Shown piece after piece: positions 52,713-62,565 of a stretch of DNA of 64,000 nucleotides. The notes under the pieces are model-generated. The model was not told the origin of the DNA and did no database searches. It was given only the letters and a program-made list of their open reading frames with translations. Position numbers and translations under genes: made by a program. How positions within the stretch are numbered: position 1 is the stretch's first letter; each line of letters begins with the position of its first letter. Origin of the DNA: an uncultured Armatimonadia bacterium. Lineage in GTDB: Bacteria; Armatimonadota; Zipacnadia; UBA1398; CAZMGT01. The stretch is from NCBI GenBank assembly GCA_964565895.1, contig CAZMGT010000015.1, forward strand, positions 93-64,092, given 5' to 3'.

Positions 52713-55502
52713 GTGCGCAAACGCTGGGAAAAAGCTTTGTGCCTGGCAGCGCTTTGCGCTGGGCTGCTTGCCCTGTGCGCGGGCGCTCGCGCGCAGGAGC
52801 AATATACGTTCGTCGCTCGCCGCGGGACGGGGCCCTATAGCTTCCGTTGCCGCATCGTGGGGCAGTGGGCGCAGGGAAGCGAGGCGCGCCTTGTTTTCGA
52901 CTTTCGCGACGCGGCCAACTTTCGCTACCTCTCCCTAAAGCCCGGCGAGGCAGCGTTTATCGAAGTCGCCGCCGGCGCCTCGCGCACCTTCGCCGGCCCC
53001 GCGGCGGTTGACCTAAACAACGACTTGGCGGTTACCGTGCAGCGCCGCGTGGGGCGCGTAAGGGCGATCGTCGGCGGGCAGGTCATCCTCTCCGCGCAGC
53101 TCGGCGCCCCGCTTGAGGGCCGCGTGGGCTATTTCTGCCGCGGCGCGCAGCTCGAGATAAAAGAACCGCGCGTGCAGCCCGTGGCCGAGGTATATTTCAC
53201 CGACGACTTCGGCCGCGCCGCAGACGACCCGGGGCAGTGGACGATCGTCGCCGGCAAGTGGACAAACACCATGGTCGACGCCCCGCGTGCCCTGCCCGAC
53301 TTTAGCGCCAACCCATTTTCCGTCTGCGCCCAGGGCGCGGACAAAGCCCTCTGTCTTGCGGGAAGCTGGTATTGGGACAGCTACCGCTTCCGCGCCTCCG
53401 TTAACCCGACGAGCGCGCAGGTCGTGGGCATCGCCGGCTACGCGCAAGACGAGCAAAACTACATTCTCTTCCGCTGGCGGCGGGGAAGCTCGAAAATGCG
53501 CCGCGCGAAGCAGCTCGTTCTTGTGCGCAACGGGTTCGAGGAGGTGCTCGCGGAGGCCGACGGCGGGTTCCAGCCCAACCAGTGGTATCGCCTCGAGCTG
53601 CGCTTTGCCGAGGGCTCCGTGCACGCGCTGATCGACCGCTACCCCGTGCTTTCTGCAAAAACTAATGCCTTCGGCCAGGGGCGCGTGGGCTTGTGGCTGA
53701 GGGGCGAGCGGGCGTTTTTCGACGACGTCGCCGTAGTCGGGGCTACGGTAAAGCACGAGCTTGCCGCAAAAATCGCCGAAGGGTTTCAGCATGACTCGGG
53801 CACGGTGGGCGAGGTCTACGGCCCGACGATCCCCTGGCGGCTAAGCCGCGACGGGGCGATCTGGTGGCACCGGGGGATTTTCTTCCACGACGTAGCGGCG
53901 AGCATTCCCCTCAACCCCAAGGCGGGCGACCCGAAGGCGGTTATCGTTCTGGGCAGCGAGGAGCGGCCTGAGGCCGGGCTGGTGGTCCGCTGCCGCTGGC
54001 AGGGGCCGCGCCTGCGCCTGGCGGTTGAGGAAGACGGTGCGCCCCAGGCGCAGTCGGAGGAGTTCGAACCGGCCTCCGGGCAGGATCTCACCGTCAGCTT
54101 CGACGGAAAAAGCCTGTTGCGCGTCGTCACGCAGGGGCGCGAGGTGCTGCGCTATCAGGCCAAGCGCCGCCCGGCGGGCCGCCTGCTCGGAATTATCTCC
54201 GACAACCCCGCCCAGGTGTGGGGGAGCGCTGTGGAGTCCGACCACCAGTTGGAATATCTGTTCTCCGAGGCCCCCACGGACTTCTATAGCACAAAGGGCC
54301 AGTGGCACATTACCACGCGCTGGCCCTGCGAGCCCCGCTGGACGTTTTTCGGCGGCGAAAACGACGAGAACCCCACGGTATGGACGAAGCACATCTATCG
54401 CGGCGACTTTGCCCTGGAGTTTTTCATGAACATCGGCATGGACCTCCCGCGCAGCCCGGGCTATTCCCACCCCAGCGATGTCAACGTAACGGTCTGCGGC
54501 GACGGCCGCTCCCTGGGCAGCGGCTACAGCTTTATCATCGCCGGTTGGAACAACACAAAAACGGCGCTTTTGCGCCGCAGCGAGGTTGTTGCCCAAACGC
54601 GCGAGTTTCTCTTCGAAAACCCCATTAGCGCAAACCCCAAGTTTCACCGGCACTGGTTTAGAGTGCGCGTGGAAAAGGCCGGCCCCACAGTCAGCCTCAC
54701 CGTGGACGACAAGCCCCTGCTGCGCTACACCGATCCCGACCCGTTGCCCGACGGGCGCATTGCCCTGTGGACCTACCACAACAAGCTGATGATCGCCCGG
54801 GGCTACATTTGGTTTGCCGAGGAGCAGCCGGCGGCGCTTCCCGACCCTCCGTCGTGGCCCAAGCGCCAAGAGTTGGCCCGTGGGCGCCGCCAGCCGAACG
54901 TTTTGTTTAACGATTTCGAAAACGACGCCGGCGAGTGGCACACTACGGTGGGCGTCTCCTATAGGCTCCCCACCCTGCTTGAGCTGGACAACTCCACGGC
55001 GGCCGGCGGAAAGCGCAGCCTGAAGATCACTAACATGACCGAGGGCGGGCCGTTTACCGTGTTGGCCATCGATGCCCCGATTAGGCTGCGCGACTACCCG
55101 GTAATCAGCTTCGACTACCGCGTGCCCCCGGAGGTAAAGGTTAACCTCTATTTGCTCCTCGGCGGGGTGTGGCACGCCGTGGAGTTTACCGCGCGCCAGC
55201 CGCAAGGGACGCCGGTTAAGGTCATCGGCGCGTTTGCCGACGTGCGCGCCGACGGCCGTTGGCACCACACCAGTTTCGACCTGCTCACGGCGCTGCGCCG
55301 ACTGTATCCCGGGCGCGAGTATTTCGAGGCGCAATACTTGGCGTTCGCCAGCCCCCAGGAGGACTACGTGCGCTGTGGGATCGGGGGCAACCCTCTGGGG
55401 GCGAGCTATTGGATCGACAACTTCCGCCTGGGGCAGGTGCACTTTGCCTGCCAGCCGCTGCCCGATGTTCCCTCGCTTTTTGCCGCGCGCAGGGTAAGCT
55501 AG
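52713..55502 (+). CDS. Large secreted multi-domain ConA/LamG/DUF1080-like protein with C-terminal CBM-like domain (paralog A)
   Basis: AGGAGG 6 nt before GTG 52713; signal peptide; repeated beta-sandwich motifs (NQWYRLELRF, HWFRVRVEK, GRVGLW, GRIALW); C-terminus NDFEND...GKRSLKITN...WHHTSFDL...WIDNFRLG. Confidence 0.8.
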   Translation: MRKRWEKALCLAALCAGLLALCAGARAQEQYTFVARRGTGPYSFRCRIVGQWAQGSEARLVFDFRDAANFRYLSLKPGEAAFIEVAAGASRTFAGPAAVDLNNDLAVTVQRRVGRVRAIVGGQVILSAQLGAPLEGRVGYFCRGAQLEIKEPRVQPVAEVYFTDDFGRAADDPGQWTIVAGKWTNTMVDAPRALPDFSANPFSVCAQGADKALCLAGSWYWDSYRFRASVNPTSAQVVGIAGYAQDEQNYILFRWRRGSSKMRRAKQLVLVRNGFEEVLAEADGGFQPNQWYRLELRFAEGSVHALIDRYPVLSAKTNAFGQGRVGLWLRGERAFFDDVAVVGATVKHELAAKIAEGFQHDSGTVGEVYGPTIPWRLSRDGAIWWHRGIFFHDVAASIPLNPKAGDPKAVIVLGSEERPEAGLVVRCRWQGPRLRLAVEEDGAPQAQSEEFEPASGQDLTVSFDGKSLLRVVTQGREVLRYQAKRRPAGRLLGIISDNPAQVWGSAVESDHQLEYLFSEAPTDFYSTKGQWHITTRWPCEPRWTFFGGENDENPTVWTKHIYRGDFALEFFMNIGMDLPRSPGYSHPSDVNVTVCGDGRSLGSGYSFIIAGWNNTKTALLRRSEVVAQTREFLFENPISANPKFHRHWFRVRVEKAGPTVSLTVDDKPLLRYTDPDPLPDGRIALWTYHNKLMIARGYIWFAEEQPAALPDPPSWPKRQELARGRRQPNVLFNDFENDAGEWHTTVGVSYRLPTLLELDNSTAAGGKRSLKITNMTEGGPFTVLAIDAPIRLRDYPVISFDYRVPPEVKVNLYLLLGGVWHAVEFTARQPQGTPVKVIGAFADVRADGRWHHTSFDLLTALRRLYPGREYFEAQYLAFASPQEDYVRCGIGGNPLGASYWIDNFRLGQVHFACQPLPDVPSLFAARRVS

Positions 55503-55694
55503 CGTCGCCGCTTTAGCGGCCAGGCCCTTGCCCGCGACTCCAGGGCAAAGCACAGAACATGGGCAAAATCCCTCGCGTCTATAGGGGCGAGGCGCGCGCT
55601 TTCAGCTCTTGCGCAGGCGTGCCCGCTCGTCGCGATAGGCGGCGCGGCGAGCGGGCCGCCCGGCGCATTTTCTGTGGAGGAGGGTGCGGCCGCA

Positions 55695-58457
55695 ATGCGG
55701 CGGTTTGCGGTGCTCGCTGGGTTGTGCTTTGCCGCGGTCTGCGCAGCGTGGGCCCAGGTCCCCAGCGCAAAGCTGGGCTATACCTTTGTCCCCCGCAGGG
55801 GAAGCCTGCCCTATACCATCGTCTGCCGGGCGGCAAGCCAGTGGAGGCCGGGCAACGAGCTGCGCCTTGCCCTGGACTATGCCTCGCCCGACGACCTTTA
55901 TCTCCTGTCCATCTCCCGAGAGAGCGCGGTGTTGCGGCGCATAGAGCGGGGCGAAGAGCGCGAGCTTGCCCGCGCGGCACTGCCCGGCCTGCGCGGAGAG
56001 GAAGAGATTTTCGTGCAGCGCCGGCCAGGGCGGATCGCGGTGATCGTCGGCGGGGAGGTCGTGCTGCGCGCCTCAGCGCCTGGCTCGCTGGAGGGCCGCG
56101 TGGGCTGGGCCGCGCACGGGGTGCAAGTGCACACGCTGCGCGTGCAGCCGGTGGCCGAGGTCTACTTTAGCGACGACTTCGCCCGCCCCCGCGGCGACCC
56201 CGGACAGTGGGCCGTGGCCCGCGGGTCATGGACGAACACCGTGGTTAACGCCCCCCGGGCAAACCCCAACTTTAGCGCAAACCCGTTTTCCGTCTGCGCC
56301 AGCGGCACCCAAGGCGCGCTGAGCATTGCCGGAAGCCCATATTGGGACAACTACCGCTTCCGCGCCTCGGTGCGCCCCACGGACGCGCAGTCGGTGGGCA
56401 TTTTGGGCTATGTGCAAGATGCGGCGAACTATATCACCCTGCGCTGGCGCGCGGGCGGCAGAGCGGCGCGCGGGGCGAAGCAGCTCGTGCTTGTCCGCCA
56501 CGGCAACGAGCGCGTTTTGGCCCAGGCCGACGGCGGGTTTGTCCCCGGGCAGTGGTATCGCTTGGAGCTACGCTTTGCCCCAGGCGCGGTTGAGGGGTGG
56601 ATCGATCGCGAGCGCGTGCTCGTTGCTAGCACCGATGCCTTCGGCCAGGGCAAAATCGGCTTGTGGGCGCAGGGCCGCGAGGTGTTCTTCGACGATGTCC
56701 TGGCAACGAGCGGCGCGGAGACCCTCGAGCCGCTAGACTGCGTCCCCCGTACCCTGCGCGAGGACCGGGGAACCGTCGGCGAAGTATACAGCTCAGCGAT
56801 TGCCTGGCGCACGAGCGACGACGGGGCAATTATTTGGCACAGGGGCGTATTTTTTCACGACGTGGCCATGCGCGTGCCGTTAGACCCCGATCATGGGGGG
56901 CCGCACGCGGTAATCGTCCGCGCGCCCCAGGGCTCGCCAAAGTCCGGCTACGTTGTGCGCTGCGCGTGGCAGGGCAAAGAACTTGAGCTGGCGCTAGAGC
57001 GCGACGGGGCGGTGCTCTGCCGCAGCAAGCGACGCCTTCGCCCGGAGCCGGGGCAGGAGCTTAGCGTGCGGTTTCGCGATGGGGCAATTGCCGTGGCGAG
57101 CTTGGGCGAGGAGCTTCTACGCTACGAGGTCGCCGGCGAGCCGCCGGGCCGCAGCGTCGGCGTGGTCACGTCTACGCCGGAGCTTGCCTGGGGAACCTTG
57201 GTCAGCTCCGACCATCAGTTGGAATATACGTTTGCCGAAGCGCCCACGGACTTTTTTGTCAGCAAAGGCCGCTGGGGGATAACCACGCGCTGGCAGTGCG
57301 AGCCAGAGTGGACGTTCTTCGGCGGCGACAGCGACGAAAACCCCACCGTGCTCACCAAACACGCCTATCGGGGGGACGTCGTCGCCGAGTTCTTTATGAG
57401 CCTGGCCATGCAAGCGGGCGTGCCCATCGGCTACCCTCACGCGAGCGACCTGAACATTAGCGCGTGCGTCGCCGGCCTTAACCCAGGCACCGGCTACAGC
57501 TTTATCGTCGCCGGTTGGAAGAACACGAAAACGGCGATTTTACGCCGCGAGCGCGTCGTCGCCCAAACGGACGATTTCCTGTTTGTCGAACCCACTACAC
57601 GCAACACCAATTTTCACCGGCACTGGTTCCGCGTGCGCGTGGAGAAGGTCGGGCGGCGCGTGTCGCTCGCCGTGGACGACCAGCCGCTGTTGCACTTTGA
57701 GGATCCCCAGCCGCTAGAAGGCGGGCGCATTGCCCTGTGGAGCTTCCGCAACTGGCTCTGCGTGGCGCGCGGGTATATTTGGTTTGCCGAGGAGGAGCCG
57801 GCCCCCTTGCCGGAGCTCCCCCGCGTACAGCGGCTGGAGCTTCCCCATGCGGAGCGCCGCGGGGAGACCCTCTTTTGTGACTTCGAGCGCGACGCCGGCG
57901 AATGGCACGCGGAGATCGAGGGCTATCCCTTGCCCACCATCCTCGCCCTTGACGAGACGACAGCGGCCAGCGGAAAGCGCAGCTTAAAGATAACCAACGC
58001 CACCGTGGGCGGGCCGTTTGCCGCGTATTGCATTGCAAAGCCCCTGCGCCTGCAGCGCTATCCCGTGGTCAGTTTCGACTATCGCCTGCCGCCCGAGGTT
58101 AAGGTCAACTTTTACTTGCTGGTTAACGGCGCGTGGCACGTTGTGCGCTTGTCGGCGGAGCAGCCGGAGGAGTCCGGGGTTAACGTTTTGGGCGAATTCC
58201 CCGGCGTCGTCGCCGACGGCACGTGGCGGCACACGAGTTTTAACCTGCTTTCCGCGCTGAAAAAGCTCTATCCCGAGCACGAGTACTTCGATGCCCAGCA
58301 AATTGCCTTCGCCAGCCCGCAGCTCGACTACGTGCGCTGCGGCATCGGGGGCAACCCCCTCGGCGCGAGCTTTTGGATCGATAACTTCCGCCTGGGGCCC
58401 GCCGCAAACACCAAGCCCAGGGCCCAGGCGTCGGGCAACGAACGGACGGAGCGATGA
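55695..58457 (+). CDS. Large secreted multi-domain ConA/LamG/DUF1080-like protein (paralog B)
   Basis: Collinear with paralog A: VQPVAEVYFSDDF, FSANPFSVCA, NFHRHWFRVRVEK, DYVRCGIGGNPLGASFWIDNFRLG. Confidence 0.82.
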   Translation: MRRFAVLAGLCFAAVCAAWAQVPSAKLGYTFVPRRGSLPYTIVCRAASQWRPGNELRLALDYASPDDLYLLSISRESAVLRRIERGEERELARAALPGLRGEEEIFVQRRPGRIAVIVGGEVVLRASAPGSLEGRVGWAAHGVQVHTLRVQPVAEVYFSDDFARPRGDPGQWAVARGSWTNTVVNAPRANPNFSANPFSVCASGTQGALSIAGSPYWDNYRFRASVRPTDAQSVGILGYVQDAANYITLRWRAGGRAARGAKQLVLVRHGNERVLAQADGGFVPGQWYRLELRFAPGAVEGWIDRERVLVASTDAFGQGKIGLWAQGREVFFDDVLATSGAETLEPLDCVPRTLREDRGTVGEVYSSAIAWRTSDDGAIIWHRGVFFHDVAMRVPLDPDHGGPHAVIVRAPQGSPKSGYVVRCAWQGKELELALERDGAVLCRSKRRLRPEPGQELSVRFRDGAIAVASLGEELLRYEVAGEPPGRSVGVVTSTPELAWGTLVSSDHQLEYTFAEAPTDFFVSKGRWGITTRWQCEPEWTFFGGDSDENPTVLTKHAYRGDVVAEFFMSLAMQAGVPIGYPHASDLNISACVAGLNPGTGYSFIVAGWKNTKTAILRRERVVAQTDDFLFVEPTTRNTNFHRHWFRVRVEKVGRRVSLAVDDQPLLHFEDPQPLEGGRIALWSFRNWLCVARGYIWFAEEEPAPLPELPRVQRLELPHAERRGETLFCDFERDAGEWHAEIEGYPLPTILALDETTAASGKRSLKITNATVGGPFAAYCIAKPLRLQRYPVVSFDYRLPPEVKVNFYLLVNGAWHVVRLSAEQPEESGVNVLGEFPGVVADGTWRHTSFNLLSALKKLYPEHEYFDAQQIAFASPQLDYVRCGIGGNPLGASFWIDNFRLGPAANTKPRAQASGNERTER

Positions 58458-59521
58458 CTAGAGGCGCGATAGTCATGCTCTTGCTCGCGGCTTTCCCCGC
58501 GGGTGTTTTCGCCCAGCCCCCGGCGGTTGGCGCGCCGAAGGTGGGCGTCGTCGTAGACATCGGCGCGGGCCGTATTTTGCTTTCCGACGGGACGATCGCC
58601 AACATCGCCCCGCAGGCGGTGGTCGTTACGGCGGAGGGGGAGAAAAAGGCGCTGCGCGACGTCCTCCCCGGGCAATTGGTCGAGGCCCACTGCGTGGATG
58701 AGCTAACGGTGGTTAAGCTCGTCCTCCTTCCCGCGCTGCCCAAAACGTTTCCCATGAGCAAATTCGACCCGCCGCAGGGCAAGATTGTGCGCTGCACCTG
58801 GCAGCACGAGGGCAAACAGTATAAGAACAGCTTTCGCACGGCCTACGCGGTGATGCCCGTGGCCACATGCTTGGGCATTCGCGCCACGGTGTGCTATGAG
58901 CCGAAAGACCCCGCCCGCAAGAGCGCGATCTTTAGGGTCGTTGGCTACGACGACCAGCCGGAGCGCGTGGTTTGGGAGCGCGAGGTGCGCGCGGGCGAAG
59001 CTGTGGAGCTGCGCTGCTCGTTCTACGGCCTAAAGTGGGTGGCGCTGACCTGCCTGCTCCCGGAGGGGGCGCAGGCCGACGATGCCGAGTGCGTGTGGGC
59101 CGACCCGGAGCTGGTCCTTAGGGTTTACCGCGCCCTCCCCGTGCCCGAGCTGTTCGCCAGCGAGCTGGCGCGGCGCGTGGGCCAAGCGATAAGGGAGGCG
59201 GGCGCGGAGCCCGTGGCCATCGCTCGGCCCCAGGTGCTTGGGCTTAGCCCCGAGGTCGGGCGCGAGCTGCTGGAAAAACTCTTGCCCGCGCTCAAAAGCG
59301 GCTGTGCCGTGGCCGCAACGCTGGAGCAAGAGGGGAGCGCCCCGCCCCGGGGCGCGCTCTATGAGGAGGCACGCAAAGCGGGGGCGGAGGCGTTGCTTGT
59401 CCTCCGCGTGCGCTATGACCCACCTGGTTTTGCCGTCGTCGCTTCGCTTTACGGCGTAGACAGCGCCGAACAGCTAGCGAGTTTTGAGCTAAACACGTTC
59501 ACGCCGCTCGTCTCGCGCTAG
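58454..59521 (+). CDS. Secreted hypothetical protein (DUF5666-like, NPCBM/CBM51-like and FlgO/TolB-N-like segments)
   Basis: ATGA coupling; signal peptide; AIFRVVG...VWEREVRAGEAVELRC...VWADPELV; C-terminus AEALLVLRVR...VVASLYGVDSAEQLASF. Confidence 0.6.
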   Translation: MTRGAIVMLLLAAFPAGVFAQPPAVGAPKVGVVVDIGAGRILLSDGTIANIAPQAVVVTAEGEKKALRDVLPGQLVEAHCVDELTVVKLVLLPALPKTFPMSKFDPPQGKIVRCTWQHEGKQYKNSFRTAYAVMPVATCLGIRATVCYEPKDPARKSAIFRVVGYDDQPERVVWEREVRAGEAVELRCSFYGLKWVALTCLLPEGAQADDAECVWADPELVLRVYRALPVPELFASELARRVGQAIREAGAEPVAIARPQVLGLSPEVGRELLEKLLPALKSGCAVAATLEQEGSAPPRGALYEEARKAGAEALLVLRVRYDPPGFAVVASLYGVDSAEQLASFELNTFTPLVSR

Positions 59522-59599
59522 GCGCCCGCTGGCGAAAACCGACCGCCGCCGGCACACCCCGCAGGGCAGGCGCGCCAAGCGGCCGAACAGCAGAAGGCA

Positions 59600-61366
59600 A
59601 TGGGCCTTGAGGAGCAGATACGCCGCCACTGGTATGTCTCGCGGCTGGATGGCGCGCGCATACCCTACCTCGTATTCGTACCGCGCAGCTACCGCGGCGC
59701 GCCCGTGCCCGCCGTCTACTCGCTCCATGGCTATGGCCGGGACGAATGGGGCGGCGTGCGCGAGCACCTGCTCGAGCTGTGCGAGCGATATGGCTGGCTG
59801 CTTGTGTCGACCGCAGGGCGCGGGTGGACGTTTTACGACGGCCCGGGCGAGCAGGACTTCCTCGAGGTTTGGGAGCGCGTGGCCCAGCGCTATGCCATAG
59901 ACTTTTCCCGCATATACCTCGTGGGACACTCCATGGGCGGGACGGGGACGCTGCGCTTGGCCACGCGTTTTCCAGACCGCTTCGCCGCCGCCGTTGCCCT
60001 TTGCCCGTGGAGCGACTGGCGCCTGTGGTATCGCCGGTGGTACGCCTCCGCGGAGCACCCACGGGCGGTCCCCTGGTGGCGCAGGGTGCTGCTCGAGCGC
60101 GCATCGCCGCTGTTCTATGCGGAGAACCTGCTTCACGTTCCCCTGTACCTTTTGCACGGCGTTCGCGATGACGTTGTGAGCGTAAAACACTCTCGTCGGC
60201 TTTATCGGCGCCTGCGCGAGCTGCGCTACGAGGTGGTCTATAAGGAGTACGTGCGCAGCGGCCACGGGCGGTTTGCGGGACGCCTTGCCGCGGCGTTTCG
60301 CTGGCTTGCCGGCCAAACGCGCCCTCGGCACTGGCTCGGCGGAGCGCAACCTCTGGCGCGCACCGAGAAAAGGGAAAAGACGCGGCCGAAGGCGCCCTCT
60401 CGCATTGTTCTCCGCGTGGGCGCTCTGCGCCACGCCCGCGCCTACTGGCTGAGCGTGGAGCAGCTCGACGACCCAACAACGCCCGCGCGCGTGCAAACGG
60501 AGATCGCCCCCGAGACGTGCCAGGGCCCCGCCCGAATCGCCCTGCGTTGCGCGGGAGCCCGGCGGTTGGTTGTTGATTTTGGCGCAGCCCCGCTCCGCCC
60601 CGGGGAGCAGGTTGAAGTAGCGCTTGGCGGAGCCCCTGTTTTCCAAGGCAGGGCCCGGGGAACGCTCGCCCTGGAGCGCGACGAGAGGGGCCGCTGGGCG
60701 GCAAACCCGCCCCCAAGCGCTGCTTTGTGCAAGGCGCCAGGGCTCGAGGGACCCTGGGGCGACGCCCTGTGCGACAGCTTCCTTGTGGTCTTCGGCGACG
60801 ACCCGCGCGAGCGCGAGCTCGCCGAACAATTCGCCTTGGCCTGGGGCCGCTGGACGGTTGGCCTGCGCGAGGACGGCGCGCCCCGCGCCCAAGCGCGAAT
60901 CAAACACGCCGCGGCGGTAACTCGCGCAGAGGTCGCGCAGCACAACCTCGTCCTTTTCGGCCGGCCGCGCGACAACGCGCTTTTGCGCACAGTGCTCGAC
61001 GAGCTGCCCGTGGCCATTAGCAACGACGGGATCACGCTCGCCGGCGAGAGGTTTCGCGGGCGACACTTTGGCCTGCGGCTGATATATCCCAACCCGCTTA
61101 ACCCGCGGCGCTACGTGGCGCTTTCGGTGGGGCGGCTGCCCCTGCGCACAAAGGATTTCGAGTGCCTCCCCTGGCTTGTGCCCGATTTCGCGGTGTTCGA
61201 CGAACGGATACAATGTAGCCGGACCACGCACATGGAGTGGGAGCTTTTCGACGCTGGAGAGTGGCCGGAAGGCGCCGAGCCGCCGCAGGTGCACCTCCCC
61301 GACTGCCTGGTGTGCGCGGGCTTTTTCGACTCGTTCTGGCGGCTGGGAAAGGTGAGCGAGAGGTGA
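59600..61366 (+). CDS. Alpha/beta hydrolase (esterase / S9-like) with C-terminal extension, no obvious signal peptide
   Basis: YLVFVPRSY, SLHGYG, GHSMGG, LHGVRDDVV, SGHG (Ser-Asp-His triad). Confidence 0.85.
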   Translation: MGLEEQIRRHWYVSRLDGARIPYLVFVPRSYRGAPVPAVYSLHGYGRDEWGGVREHLLELCERYGWLLVSTAGRGWTFYDGPGEQDFLEVWERVAQRYAIDFSRIYLVGHSMGGTGTLRLATRFPDRFAAAVALCPWSDWRLWYRRWYASAEHPRAVPWWRRVLLERASPLFYAENLLHVPLYLLHGVRDDVVSVKHSRRLYRRLRELRYEVVYKEYVRSGHGRFAGRLAAAFRWLAGQTRPRHWLGGAQPLARTEKREKTRPKAPSRIVLRVGALRHARAYWLSVEQLDDPTTPARVQTEIAPETCQGPARIALRCAGARRLVVDFGAAPLRPGEQVEVALGGAPVFQGRARGTLALERDERGRWAANPPPSAALCKAPGLEGPWGDALCDSFLVVFGDDPRERELAEQFALAWGRWTVGLREDGAPRAQARIKHAAAVTRAEVAQHNLVLFGRPRDNALLRTVLDELPVAISNDGITLAGERFRGRHFGLRLIYPNPLNPRRYVALSVGRLPLRTKDFECLPWLVPDFAVFDERIQCSRTTHMEWELFDAGEWPEGAEPPQVHLPDCLVCAGFFDSFWRLGKVSER

Positions 61367-62547
61367 GGAAGGGAGCGACAAGTGCCATCCTCGCGCTTTT
61401 GCTGCTAGCGGCCCCGATTGCCTCACAACGCGCGAGCAGCTTCGCTGGCCGCCTACGGCCCACCGCTGCGCCAGGGGGCGCGGTGCGCGTGGCCGCTGCG
61501 GCACGCCCCGTGCGCCCCTTGCCCTGGTGGGACCGCCGCTGGCACTACCGCCTCACGCTGCGCGTAGGCGCTGGGCCGCGCTGGCGTGTGGACTGCCCCA
61601 TTGAGGCGCGCGTTGACCTCCAGCGCTACCTCCGCCGCCCGCTAGACGAGGCCTCAGTGCGCGTGGTGTTTCGCCGGCGGCTTGTTCCCGCGCAATATGA
61701 CGTGCGAACGGGGACGCTGGTGTTTGTCGCCCGCGGCGAAATTCGCCCGGGGACGGCGCGGACGTACGAGGTCTACTTCGACGAACGCCGGCGAACGCCA
61801 AAGCCCAAGCACACCTTCCGCGGAGCGCAGGCGCGCCAAGCTCCGGGCGGTGCGGTATGGCTGGAGAACGAGCGATTGCGTTTGCTGCTCTCGCCCGAGG
61901 GCGGCCGCGCCGCGCGCTGGGAGGTTCTCGCGCTCGGCGAGAGGGACATCGCGCGGTGGGCCGAGCGCGAGCCGCGCGGGTTTTTCTACAACCCCCTGCT
62001 TTATAACAAGCGAGCAACGCTCGCCCCGCTGCTTGTGGGGCCTGTCGCCGTGCGCTACCGCTGTAGCTTCCCCCAAGGCCCGAGCTATACCATTACCCTT
62101 TATTCCGGAATGAGCTGGGCCGAGGTGGTGTGGGACACGCCGCTGGACAGCTTTTGGTGTTACGATTCCCTAGGCGGCGACAAGGGAGCCGCGTGGCAGA
62201 CGGCTTGCTCGGCAACGGCGCAGCGCGAGGCGCTCGAACAAGCGCTTTATTGCCGCGGCGCGCGCTGGGTGGCAAAGCACAGGGCCGATGGCCTGGCCCT
62301 GGGCCTCGTCGTTCCCGAGGTAGACTGCGCCATGGGCGTGGAGCTGCGCGGAGAACGCAGCGGGGTAGGCATTTCCCGCTCCACTCCGGCGGCGCACTTT
62401 GTCGTCGTCGGCGACGTTCTGGGCAGGTTCGACGCGGCGTTTTGGGAAACGCTGCGCCGCACGCTTGACCATACCCTGCCCCCTGTGGTTGACATTGGGC
62501 CGCTGGAGAGGCTCAACGCCGCGGGGAAAATTACCGCCACGGGCTGA
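61363..62547 (+). CDS. Secreted hypothetical protein with DUF2341-like N-terminal domain and beta-supersandwich-like C-terminal domain
   Basis: GTGA coupling; signal peptide; WWDRRWHYRLTLRV...YEVYFD; WLENERLRLLLSPEGGR...GPVAVRY. Confidence 0.6.
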   Translation: MRKGATSAILALLLLAAPIASQRASSFAGRLRPTAAPGGAVRVAAAARPVRPLPWWDRRWHYRLTLRVGAGPRWRVDCPIEARVDLQRYLRRPLDEASVRVVFRRRLVPAQYDVRTGTLVFVARGEIRPGTARTYEVYFDERRRTPKPKHTFRGAQARQAPGGAVWLENERLRLLLSPEGGRAARWEVLALGERDIARWAEREPRGFFYNPLLYNKRATLAPLLVGPVAVRYRCSFPQGPSYTITLYSGMSWAEVVWDTPLDSFWCYDSLGGDKGAAWQTACSATAQREALEQALYCRGARWVAKHRADGLALGLVVPEVDCAMGVELRGERSGVGISRSTPAAHFVVVGDVLGRFDAAFWETLRRTLDHTLPPVVDIGPLERLNAAGKITATG

Positions 62548-62565
62548 GCGCAAGGGAAAGGGAAA

